NCBI GenBank assembly: GCA_950097015.1 | Contig: CATNEN010000038.1 | Span: 31,496,001 to 31,560,000, forward strand | DNA length: 64,000 nucleotides | From: Macrostomum hystrix | Taxonomy: Eukaryota > Animalia > Platyhelminthes | Direction: 5' to 3' | In this document: positions 30,277 through 42,000 of the stretch, piece after piece | How the letters are laid out: each line of letters begins with the position of its first letter | Numbering within the stretch: the stretch's first letter is position 1 | The notes under the pieces: generated by a model | The model's database searches: none | The model's input: the letters and a program-made list of their open reading frames with translations, nothing else | Told to the model about the DNA's origin: nothing | Program-made: the position numbers and the translations under genes

Positions 30277-30300
30277 ATATATTATATATCCATCTATCTG

Positions 30301-30369
<69 letters not shown>

Positions 30370-30393
30370 ATATATTATATATCCATCTATCTG

Positions 30394-30426
<33 letters not shown>

Positions 30427-30450
30427 ATATATTATATATCCATCTATCTG

Positions 30451-30519
<69 letters not shown>

Positions 30520-30551
30520 ATATCTATATATATTATATATCCATCTATCTG

Positions 30552-30584
<33 letters not shown>

Positions 30585-30608
30585 ATATATTATATATCCA
30601 TCTATCTG

Positions 30609-30673
<65 letters not shown>

Positions 30674-30697
30674 ATATATTATATATCCATCTATCTG

Positions 30698-30762
<65 letters not shown>

Positions 30763-30786
30763 ATATATTATATATCCATCTATCTG

Positions 30787-30819
<33 letters not shown>

Positions 30820-30843
30820 ATATATTATATATCCATCTATCTG

Positions 30844-30908
<65 letters not shown>

Positions 30909-30932
30909 ATATATTATATATCCATCTATCTG

Positions 30933-30965
<33 letters not shown>

Positions 30966-30989
30966 ATATATTATATATCCATCTATCTG

Positions 30990-31054
<65 letters not shown>

Positions 31055-31138
31055 ATTATCTATCTATCTGTCTATCTATCTATCTATCTATCTATCTATA
31101 TTATCTATCTATCTATACGTCTATCTATCTATCTATCT
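30072..31138. repeat. (TATC)n microsatellite with recurring ATATTATATATCCATCTATCTG spacer
   Basis: Directly visible. The (IYLS)n ORF is an artefact. Confidence 0.95.
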
Positions 31139-31776
31139 GTCGATGTGGATTAGGCTTAGTTTAACTTAGTACAATGACGAGCTTTTATTAGGCATTTTAC
31201 TATTATTTTTTTCTGAAGTCTGGTGCTCTGTAATTAACAGTGGGATTTCGGTGCATTGTGCATATATATTGCTTGTTAACACATGCAGGAAGTTCCTCAA
31301 TAAGTGTTCCACTAGCAATTCGCATAAAGATAATCTGCACCCTAGTATTTTATAAAAGATGCTCATTATATAGTCTCATCAGCTAAGAATGGGCCTGTTG
31401 AAATTGCTTGCTCTCAGCATTTCGCCGCTAGGAGCGTGACTGAGCAGCTCTGGGTTAAAATCCTGCTGCTCAGAAATATTACAGAAAAAATATATGACAA
31501 GCTATTTTTCTTTCGTTCATCATTACAGTGCGTCTGTAGTCGAAACAAAAAACTTTCAGTCGTGAATCCTTTTTTGACTGTCCTGAGCCTCTGGGATATA
31601 AGCCCAACCCTTGACTTGATTGCATTTTGAGATTCCGTTTGTACGATTATTACATGCATGCGTCCCACTTTTGAAATTGAGAAATACGAGTATAAACAAA
31701 CCCGAATAACTTCGCCAGTAACCATACCACTCTATTCATTAATTCGATTGCTGTGATTTTCAGAAAAATATAATTA

Positions 31777-32380
31777 GGGAGGATTTAGTCGAATCTCAAG
31801 GGAGGATTTAGTATAATATTCAGGGACGATTTGGTAGAATATTCAGAAAGAATTTAGTAGAATCTTCGGGAAGGATTTAGTAGAATCTTCAGAGAGGATT
31901 TAGTAGAATCTTCAGGATTTATTTAGTGGAATCTTCAGGGAGGATTTAGTGGAATCTTCAGGAAGGATTTAGTAGAATCTTTAGAGAGGATTTAGTAGAA
32001 TCTTCAGGGAGAATTTAGTAGAATCTTCAGGATTTATTTCGTGGAATCTTCAGAGAGGATTTAGTAGAATCTTCAGGGAGGATTTAGTGAAATCTTCAGG
32101 ATTTATTTAGTGGAATCTTCAGAGAGGATTTAGTAGAATCTTCAGGGAGGATTTAGTGAAATCTTCAGGATTTAATTAGTGGAATCTTCAGAGAGGATTT
32201 AGTAGAATCTTCAGGCAGGATTTAGTAGAATCTTCAGGAAGGATTTAGTAGAATCTTTAGAGAGGATTTAGTAGAATCTTCAGGAAGGATTTAGTAGAAT
32301 CTTCAGGAAGGATTTATTAGAATCTTCAGAGAGGATTTAGTAGAATCTTCAGTAAGGATTCATGAGAATCTTCAGGAAGA
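31777..32380. repeat. ~23-bp minisatellite (GGATTTAGTAGAATCTTCAGGAA)
   Basis: Directly visible. Confidence 0.9.
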
Positions 32381-32752
32381 GTTCAATAGAACCAATAGGA
32401 AAATGTAGTTTTCTTTTGTTTTCAAACCTTATAGTATACATTAATCTAGTTCATATTTCATATGTAGGAAATCTTCAAAAACTCATATTCTAAGAGATAT
32501 CTGACTGAGTGGTTAGTCTTTCAAGTTCAATTTGACAGGAATTTTTCATCTGACTTTAAATCATGCATGCAAACTTTATCTTCGATGAATAATTTAATAG
32601 GTAAGAAAATCAATCAATTTAATGCCTTCCCAATCGCTTTGAGAAGCTGCAATTCTAAAATAATTCATAGCTTTTTTCTAACAAAAGTGAAGTATTGATC
32701 TTATAGAGAACATGGAAAATGTCAAAATGTTTTACTACAATGTATCTGCATT

Positions 32753-34282
32753 TATCGAGTGACCCTCCCTATGTCTAGGGTTATGGTGACCATCCCTATG
32801 TCTAGGGTTATCGAGTGACCTTCCTATGTCTAGGGTTATCGAGTGACCCTCCCTATGTCTAGGGTTATCGAGTGACCCTCCCTATGTCTAGGGTTATCGA
32901 GTGACCCTCCCTATGTCTAGGGTTATCGAGTGACCCTCCCTATGTCTAGGGTTATCGAGTGACCCTCCCTATGTCTAGGGTTATCGAGTGACCCTCCCTA
33001 TGTCTAGGGTTATCGAGTGACCCTCCCTATGTCTAGCGTTATCGAGTGACCAGTAAAGAAGGATACCCAAAGTCAATAGTTGGCCTCAATCTCCGTAACC
33101 GTCTTCATTTGACAAGTCGAGCAGAAGACAGCATCGAATTAAAATCTAGGCAAGCGACGTAGCTTACTGCCTTTGACTCATCCATCACTTCACATATACT
33201 CGTACTGTACTCCACAAACAGAACTTGATTTGTCAAGTACAGATAATTAATAACTTAGTTAATCAATCAATCGAGTATATTACACCCCACGCGTACCAAT
33301 TAATACCCTTCTAGCTTGATGGCGTAAATATAAGGATTAGTCTTTAGTTGACTTTGATCTTCAGTCGAATTCCTGTTAATCTGGTTAATCCTGGTATATG
33401 GCATACGATATCCGGTAAGATCCCATCTCTGTATATCCGATATACTGTAAGATAGTTGAGCACAAAACTGTCTGGAGCCATCGAATCATGTCTATGGTTA
33501 ATGACAGACTTTTCAACGTCCTGCGTTGAGTTTTATCAACTGACGACTGATGTAAAGGGTTATCGAGTGACCCTCCCTATGTCTAGGGTTATCGAGTGAC
33601 CCTCCCTATGTCTAGGGTTATCGAGTGACCCTCCCTATGTCTAGGGTTATCGAGTGACCCTCCCTATGTCTAGGGTTATCGAGTGACCCTCCCTATGTCT
33701 AGGGTTATAGTGACCCTCCCTATGTCTAGGGTTATAGTGACCCTCCCTATGTCTAGGGTTATCGAGTGACCCTCCCTATGTCTAGGGTTATAGTGACCCT
33801 CCCTATGTCTAGGGTTATCGAGTGACCCTCCCTATGTCTAGGGTTATAGTGACCCTCCCTATGTCTAGGGTTATCGAGTGACCCTCCCTATGTCTAGGGT
33901 TATCGAGTGACCCTCCCTATGTCTAGGGTTATCGAGTGACCCTCCCTATGTCTAGGGTTATCGAGTGACCCTCCCTATGTCTAGGGTTATAGTGACCCTC
34001 CCTATGTCTAGGGTTATCGAGTGACCCTCCCTATGTCTAGGGTTATAGTGACCCTCCCTATGTCTAGGGTTATAGTGACCCTCCCTATGTCTAGGGTTAT
34101 AGTGACCCTCCCTATGTCTAGGGTTATAGTGACCCTCCCTATGTCTAGGGTTATAGTGACCCTCCCTATGTCTAGGGTTATAGTGACCTTCCTATGTCTA
34201 GGGTTATCGAGTGACCCTCCCTATGTCTAGGGTTATTAAGTGACCCTCCCTATGTCTAGGGTTATCGAGTGACCCTTCCTAT
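32753..34282. repeat. 29/27-bp minisatellite (GTGACCCTCCCTATGTCTAGGGTTATCGA) interrupted by a unique insert at ~33052-33555
   Basis: The same unit occurs on both sides of a ~500-bp non-repetitive block. Confidence 0.93.
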
Positions 34283-35132
34283 TTCTATGTAAGAGTGCAA
34301 TTATGTATACTCGAACACATAGTAAAATAAATAAACAAAAAGTGATTTAAATCGTTAAAATGTAATCTGACACAAACAAAAAACAATGCGCGAGCACATT
34401 TAAAAAACAATTTACTATTTGACCAAATGATGAATAAAATTAGGCCACAAAACAAATAGTACACGATGATTTAATGTGTGACACCAGCAGACACAGTTTA
34501 AAGACATAACTCTGATTCAAAGAAAAAGTAAACACACAGCAGCATGCTAAACAAAGAAAATAAAGTAAAGCAGAAAATCTAAACAGAATAATTTCAAAAA
34601 GGAAGATTTTTGTTCTCAATTTGATTCTTACGAAATGAAAAAATAAAGGATGCGTATTGTGAGGCGAGGAGAAAAATACCTCAAGAGGGTTACAGTGAGA
34701 AGATGAAAAGATAGATACGAGCGACACGAGAAACGATATACTAAATAAATATGCACATTAATAACAGAATCTAGAATCTAGATTGGCTTTTTACTGGAAC
34801 ATATTAGATTTCAAGAAAAAAAACGGCACGACAAAATCGACCTACATTTCTTTCAGTTTTCTAAGAAACTGGCGAATCTCGACTTTCTAGGAATTAGGAA
34901 ACCAACGATTATTTTTTTCAACTTCTAATAGAATTCGAAAAAGTAATATATAACTTTGTAAGAATATTGAAATGAGTGACTCTTAACTTATTTATTAAGA
35001 ACTGAAATCAATGAACAAAAACTTTCTGAGACTACTAGAAATTAGCGAATCCTTGCTTTCCAACAATCTATAAATAAGCGAATTTTTACTTTCTATGAAT
35101 CGTAAATTTGGCAACCTTACCAATATGTAACT

Positions 35133-35450
35133 ATAGTTTGGTCAAAGGCAACAATTAAATTTTTTTAAACTGCACTTTTCTAAAAATAGGACATAACTTC
35201 GTGACAAAAATACTCATTTTTGCAACAAATAGGTTATAGGATTCCGAATTATGTTTTATAATCTTATAATGTAGATATTACGGATGTATAGAAACAATTC
35301 GGCAAAAAATCATTAAATGTTACATTTTTTGTTAAGAATGGAAATAAATTAATAAAGGATTTTGACGACGAAAAAAAGTAACTGGCTGTGTGCCACAGGC
35401 GGATCTGACAGAAACAAAAAACTATGGAAACTGCCTTTGATCTTTTACTG
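35133..35450. mobile_element. Possible degenerate Tc1/mariner-type non-autonomous element
   Basis: Imperfect inverted ends TAGTTTGGTCAAAGGCA ... TGCCTTTGATCTTTTACTG around an AT-rich core. The TSD is not clean. Confidence 0.25.
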
Positions 35451-36386
35451 AACTAATCAACGCATATATCTTGGACTATTAACCCACCATGGTTTAGGCC
35501 TATGTCACAGTCAGAGAGCTGACCTTTGTCAGCCGCATCTGTTAATGCGGAAACCGTTATTTGTGACGCGAACTAGCATGCCATTTGCACGATTTCGTTA
35601 GGTGAAATTCGGGCGGGTCTGGGATCTGGAAAGATTTGATCAATATGACAGAGGGGAGATGTGAGAATCTGATATAGAGATAAGAAAATGAGAATCTTAG
35701 AATTATCCCAGAAATATGATGCATAAACACAGGTAATATAAACTCACGATTGAAAAAAACTGAATAAATCTGGGATATGTCATCTTTGAAACGCCAAATT
35801 AAAATAGTTTATCTCAAGCGAAAGAAATCTAACTAAAAGGGCTTTAAAGAAGCGAGCAAGCAAGCAAATATAAACTGTGTCTCCCATTCAGACGTGGTGA
35901 CCACTAGACAAGAAAACAAAAAAAAGATTATCGTGACAGACAGAAAGCACAGAACGCAAAACACGAAAATAAAACAAAAATCTGCTTACAGCAATGAAGA
36001 CACAGCGGGCGCAACATGCTACTAACAGTGGCATAAAAATAAAAAGCAACCAAAAGACACAAATACGAAGAAAGTTATCACTGTTAGTGTCCATCATTTA
36101 AAGATGTTATTATTGCATATTACCAATTTTATAAGCATAGGTTAAATTAATGGTTGAACAGCTCGTTTTTGTGTGTGTTTCTGTTTTAAACAGTTAGTGG
36201 AAGTTAAAAGCAGCAGCAGCAGCAGCAGCAGCAAGCACTGGCCAAAGCTAGAGTTTAGTAAACTACAATAACAAGTATTGCTTCGAAGAAAAAACGCAAA
36301 ATGTCCTTATAATAATTTATTAACAAGATTAGACGGCACAAATTGACAATCCAAAGCTAGAGAAATAGGCCCAATCAGGATGACTG

Positions 36387-36620
36387 TCTGGGAAGATGGT
36401 ACATCCTGAGGATCTGGGAAGATGGCAGTACAGCTTGAGGATCTGGGAAGATGGCAGTACAGCTTGAGGATCTGGGAAGATGGCAGTACAGCTTGAGGAT
36501 CTGGGAAAATGGTAGATCATCCTGAGGATCTGGGAAGATGGCAGTACAGCTTGAGGATCTGGGAAGATGGCAGCTCAATTTGAAGATCTGGGAAGATTGC
36601 AGCTCAACCTGAGGATCTGT
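36387..36620. repeat. 29-bp minisatellite (TGAGGATCTGGGAAGATGGCAGTACAGCT)
   Basis: Directly visible, downstream of the endosulfine stop codon. Confidence 0.88.
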
Positions 36621-36833
36621 TAAGAGAGTAGCTCTTTAAGATTTGGGAGTATGATGGATAAATTTGAGAGCCAGGAAAAGATTGTTTCCTCTAATCTTTG
36701 AAAGTCTCTAAAACACGTCGTAGTAAAAATTATTTTTAAAAAGCTGAAATTGGAGCTTTAAATTGTAATCAAAACAGGGACTAAGAACTCTATACGAATT
36801 GATCAACGAAGAGTAAAAATCTCGATGGCGATG

Positions 36834-37187
36834 TCACTTGGCCGCACCAACGGCAACATCAATAGCGACAGGCGGCAATGGATGCTGGTGCTGATGCTGA
36901 TTAGCTGCATCGACTGGGAATACAGGTGTTTTGATAGCCGGCACTGTCTCAGGACTGGGTATGGTATCGCCAGTGATGTTTAAGACGCCAGGCTGGGGGC
37001 AGGAGAGAGTAGGCGGCGCATTAGTCTTGGCCTTGGCCATGTTATAATCGCCGCTATCAAAGTATTTTGGTCCGCCGCGACTTAAGCGCTTCTGTAGTAC
37101 AGAATTGCCAAGACCCTGTCGACTTAGATTGGGATATTTCTGGCGCAGCTTGGCTTCCTCTTCTAGTTCTAGTTCGCGTTGGTCCAT
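36834..37187 (-). CDS. ENSA: Alpha-endosulfine / ARPP-19 (Greatwall substrate, PP2A-B55 inhibitor)
   Basis: Contains EEAKLRQKYP...LQKRL...KYFDSGDYNMAK...TGDTIPSPETVP, including the invariant FDSGDY motif. An in-frame upstream stop supports this ATG unless an upstream coding exon is spliced in. Confidence 0.93.
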   Translation of the reverse strand: MDQRELELEEEAKLRQKYPNLSRQGLGNSVLQKRLSRGGPKYFDSGDYNMAKAKTNAPPTLSCPQPGVLNITGDTIPSPETVPAIKTPVFPVDAANQHQHQHPLPPVAIDVAVGAAK

Positions 37188-38173
37188 TGCTTTTAAATTA
37201 TCTTTTAAATATTATTATTTAGATTGGAGTATAATTCAAATGAATTGGAGTTAGACGATCTGAAAGTAGCAGCAAAGCATGGTCTTGAGTTCTAGTATGA
37301 ACATTTAGTAAAATTTGTCAAGTTTGCTGTAAGGGTATTTTACCCAATTGGTTTAAGCATCAGACCCAATAATGACCTTATCCACATGGCGGCTTGCTGG
37401 AATAGGCCACTATGTAATTGTCAGTTTTAGATATACAGTGCCAATAGTGCTAAGTGCTGACTTAATCCACATAGATGTGTGCCAATAGTGTCCACCTTAT
37501 CTGCATGGCAGCTTGCTAGAATAGGACACCACAAGACTTGAAATACTTAATGACCCACTCAGTATAAAAATAGCAAAAACATTTTATCCAAAATCTAAGT
37601 CCTCATTTAATCATAATTCCTAGTTTTTTTGCTGACACTGTTAAAATTCCTAAAGACTTAACTTCATGGCATTTTCCACTTGACTCAGTCATTTTGCTTG
37701 TTAATCTACTTTAATCCTTTATTCCTTAAATAAAATCAATCAACTAGCTTTTCATTTCTGAATAAACTAATAGTAACATCCATTCTATACAGAGTATGAA
37801 CAATGATCCTACCAATCTTTCTAACTAGAGAGACATCTGAGTACGGCCTGTCTTTATAGTAAACTCATACTTTGCAATGTTATAAGCTAAAGATTGGCTT
37901 GAAAATGTTGTAATAAAGTTAATAAATTCTTTAGTTTCCAACTTCCTCAGGGGGTCAGTGGCAGAGCGGTTTCTGCCTCTTGCACAAAGGTCCCTAAGTT
38001 TGATTCCACAGAGGCCACATTTATTTGGGGTGCAGCCACTGAGAGAAGGCTTTGGGGGCTTGTTGTGCAATTTACACCATTGAGGGCCAACCTCCAAGGC
38101 ACAGTGAAATGTACACTGCATGACGATAAGAAATTCAGGGTCCAGATGTACACACCTGTGTGAGCATGTGCCT

Positions 38174-38398
38174 CATACATGCGCAACACCCAGCTGACCC
38201 GGCCAGGTGAAATGAGGGCCAAGCAAGGTAAGTTGCAAAAACCAATTGACCAAGCGCAAAAGAGGGGGGACCAAGGGACAAAAAAGGAAGGCGTGAAGAA
38301 AGGAAAAAGGGGAGAGAAAAAGAGAGCAAACTAAGTTGTAAATAGAGCAAAAACTAAGTCACACGGCCGGCTAAGATTTGGGAGGTTGCACATGTATG
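38174..38398 (+). mobile_element. hAT-like MITE, copy 1
   Basis: TIRs CATACATGCGCAAC ... GTTGCACATGTATG and a perfect 8-bp TSD ATGTGCCT (38166-38173 and 38399-38406). Confidence 0.85.
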
Positions 38399-38821
38399 AT
38401 GTGCCTGCATATAGTATCTGTGTGGGTCTATGCTTGGGAGTCAGCAAAATGGGCGGAATTGCCTCCTTGCTGGCTGCAGGTCTAGGGTCACTAAATGATG
38501 GGACACTGCTTGCAGCCCTCCTACAACTATTCTACCTTCCTTTTTAATTAAAAAAATTCTTTTAGTAACCGAAGCATTGATATTTAATAACTTGATCAAT
38601 TTTTTTATCTGACACCATTATTATTAGTAGTTCAATCTCAAAATATCAAATTAATTTCTTGGAGTATATATATTAAACTTATTGGATTTTATTAGGCAAA
38701 TTTTATTAAAAGTTTAGGACCTCAACTTAGAAGCACCAGTGCTGATAGCCTCAGTAGCTATTGTATTCTACAAGAGAATTTTCTAAGCAAGAAAACATAT
38801 TAGCAATTTTCTAACTTCATA

Positions 38822-39064
38822 CATACATGTGCAACCTCCCAAATCTTAGCCAGACATGAGACTTAGTTTTTGCTCTATTTACAACTTAGTTTGCTCTCAT
38901 TAGCTCTATTTTTCTCTCCTCTTTTCCTATTCTTCACACCTTCCTTTTTGTCCCTTGGTCCCCCTTTTAATTTTTTGTGCTTGGTTGATTGGTTTTTGCG
39001 ACTTACCTTGCTTGGCCCTTGTTTCACCCGGCCAAACGGGTCGACCAGGTGTTGCGCATGTATG
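38822..39064 (-). mobile_element. hAT-like MITE, copy 2 (inverted relative to copy 1)
   Basis: Reverse-complement similarity to 38174-38398 along its length, with the same TIRs. The TSD is degenerate (ACTTCATA/ATTTCAGC). Confidence 0.8.
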
Positions 39065-42000
39065 ATTTCAGCAATTTTATTTTTTACAAAAGATAATGAC
39101 TTACAAAATTTTAATAAGTAACAACAAACTAAAGACAACTAACAAGCCACTCAGTTATCACAGTATTACACCCATATGGCTTAGTAGAATGCTTAGTAGA
39201 AAGTTATGTTCCCAAGGTGGGGTTAGGTGGCATAAATATACTAACAATGATGCCACAGAAACTCATCCTAGGCCCTAATGGGTGTTGATCCAGCAGATCA
39301 TGGATTTGTCTGTCTCTGTGACTGCACTCAGGCCCTAGTCACAAATTGAGGAGTTTAAGTTGGATAGATCCACACCAGGTTAGGCCATAGGCCTAGGGCC
39401 CTAGGCCTATAGGCCTACTGGCCTAATAGGTTTGCAAAATAAATGATTGTTGATGTTGTGTTGTGAATGCTGCAGCTGTAGGGTGTCACCCAGCCATGAT
39501 TCCTAATGACCTAATAATCATCTAGGACTAGGCCTAACCATCTCTGTCCTTTCTGCCCTTTTTAAAATAGGCCCAGCTATTAATATACATAGGCTACAAT
39601 AGGGCCTATGCCTAGGCCCTAGTCAATAGGGTTGATTCGATGATTACAATGGTTACACAATGGCTAGCCAGGCCCTATGGCTATAATTGTTCTTGACTGA
39701 ATATGACCTTTAAGTAGACCTATAAGCAAATACACCAGTGCTAGTGTAGACAGCCAAAAAATATATCTGGGATATCCCAGGCCTATCTTATCAATCTATA
39801 AGAATAGAAGGGGCGCATGGTACCTATTGACTATTGAGCCTATATAAGGTTATAGGGGCAAACTCCTAGTTTGCTGTTTTAATTATTTTTACACTTAAAA
39901 CCTTTTAAAGTTAAAATGGCCCGCGTGGAAGTTAAAATGATGAGTTAAAAGTTTTAAAAGGATGTAGGGCCTAGTCAACAATCAATAGTAGGCCTAATGG
40001 GCAACCCAGTAGAGGCAAGTTGCCAAACGTCTTCTCCGGGAAGAGGCGGCGCCAGGGATAATCGTTCAGGTGAGTCTCGAATAGTGCGTCACTTGTGCCA
40101 CGCATTCTCCGGAACTTGTCATTCACTTGTTCGTCAGCAGGCCTTAAATTGGCATCGGGAAGGTGCCCTAGGTCGCCAAGCCAAATAATAACATCAACAT
40201 GTTTAACAATCGTCTTTTTGCCTTGATAATTTTTTAGCATTTAATCAAAAACGTTTGTCTTTTTAAGATCTTCTGATTCCGTTAAAAAGCCTTCTACGAC
40301 CATTTTATTAACTATAGCAAACAGAAGCTAGGACTAAACAGAGCAAAGACAGCTAAGATTTTAGTTTTAATTTAAGCTACAACTTTTCCTAGAAGCGTAA
40401 TTTAATAAGTGCATCTTCTTATGCAAAATGTTGAGTTGACTCGAAATTCACCCGTCGGCCCGTCACACTTTTTACAATTTATTGAATGCTTAATGAGCTT
40501 TTTTATTAGATAATATGATCAGCATATTAAACAACTTGATTCTGTTTTAGCAGCCAATAGAGCAGCAGCCATTAGGAGCCAATGAGTCTAGGAGCCAACA
40601 ATGGGGGGTTAATTGGAAGTGAGACTTTCAGTTAATGGCCAAGGCCACGAGCGGCGATCAATTAGCTGCATTGATCGATTTGTCTATGTGCGAAAGGGGG
40701 CTAAAAGACTTGTCATTAACTGCAGTTGTCTATGACAGAGATTTCATTAACCTGAAGTGATATTTCAAACAATGTCAATTGCTAGGCCCCCCTACTAGAA
40801 TTGTTACAAAATTGGAAGTAAAACTACTCTATTAATTAAATAAATTAGCCCTACATGTGTAATTTATATTTAAGTCATATTAAAGTTAAATGTAACTTCA
40901 GTCTCAAAGGCTAGGCCCCCCTATACTAATTTTCTGAGTTTCTAGGAACTCAAACAATTTTTGCTCCCTAAAAATAAAAAGGGAATTCAGTTTTCTTAAA
41001 ATGTGTTTACCTAAGTCTAAAGCAAGATTAATATCATTACTTCCATTATTTTTTTATTTATTTAAAAGGAACTATTCAAATATTTTATATATGATATATA
41101 CAGTACATTATAAACAATGTCAATGAGTTTATTTTCAAATATATTTCATTCTTTATTTATAAATTTTTTATTTATAAATTATTTATAGATTTACTTATTT
41201 ATTTATTTATAGTTATAAAGTTGTGGTGCTACAAAACTACAAAGATATTTTATTAAAGTGAGCTTGGCAACCTAACTAATCAAAAGGATGCTCTTATCTA
41301 AGTCCTTTGTCCCTAATAATATAGAAGATGCTTAGGCCTATCCAAATATAACCTGGTCCATCTGGTTGCCTTATAGAGACTCCTAGGCCTATCCAATAGT
41401 AACTGATTGATTTAATTTTCCCAAAAGAGACTCTTATGCACGAGTAACCTTGTGCTTACTTCACCTGTAAGACTCTTCTTTTGAGAGTTCTTGTCCTTGT
41501 AGAGCTTCTCTAATCTCAAGCACAGTTCTGTACTAGCCAGTTTGGCCTTGTCTAACATGTGATGGCAAAGTTTGAGGTTTTGGGGTCTTGGGGTCTTTTA
41601 TTTATTGATGTTATGGATGCTATTCAGCCCTGCCATTGGCTGAGGCAGGCTTTCTGAGCTCTTCTGTCCTTTTATTATTAATTACTGGCCTTTTGCCAAC
41701 ATGGATAGCTAGTTTATGCAATAATTATGCAAGAAAATAAATAAAAATTTTTAAGTAAGCCTTTATACTTACTCACTTTTTAAGTTATATTTTTAAACAA
41801 TGGGTGGAGAAGAGAAAATACAGCTGTAAGAAAAACTTGTATTTTTTTACAGGCAAAGCTTTTTTGAAGTTTTTATCTTGATAAAGGTTTTTATTTATGC
41901 TTATAGCAATAAGGTTTAATTGTAATAATTGCTTTGTTTTTTTGCTTAAAGTGCTTTAAAAACATACAGACTACTAATTATAGAATGGTAGTCCATCATG

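Noticed and set aside
32753-34282. CRISPR-like appearance of 20-30-bp repeats (also 3628-4358 and 23641-24510)
   Set aside because: The units are head-to-tail with no unique spacers, there are no cas genes, and the context is eukaryotic.
39971-40240. 89-aa ORF in the CpG-containing island upstream of ENSA
   Set aside because: It has no recognisable motif or supported splice structure, so it cannot be called coding.
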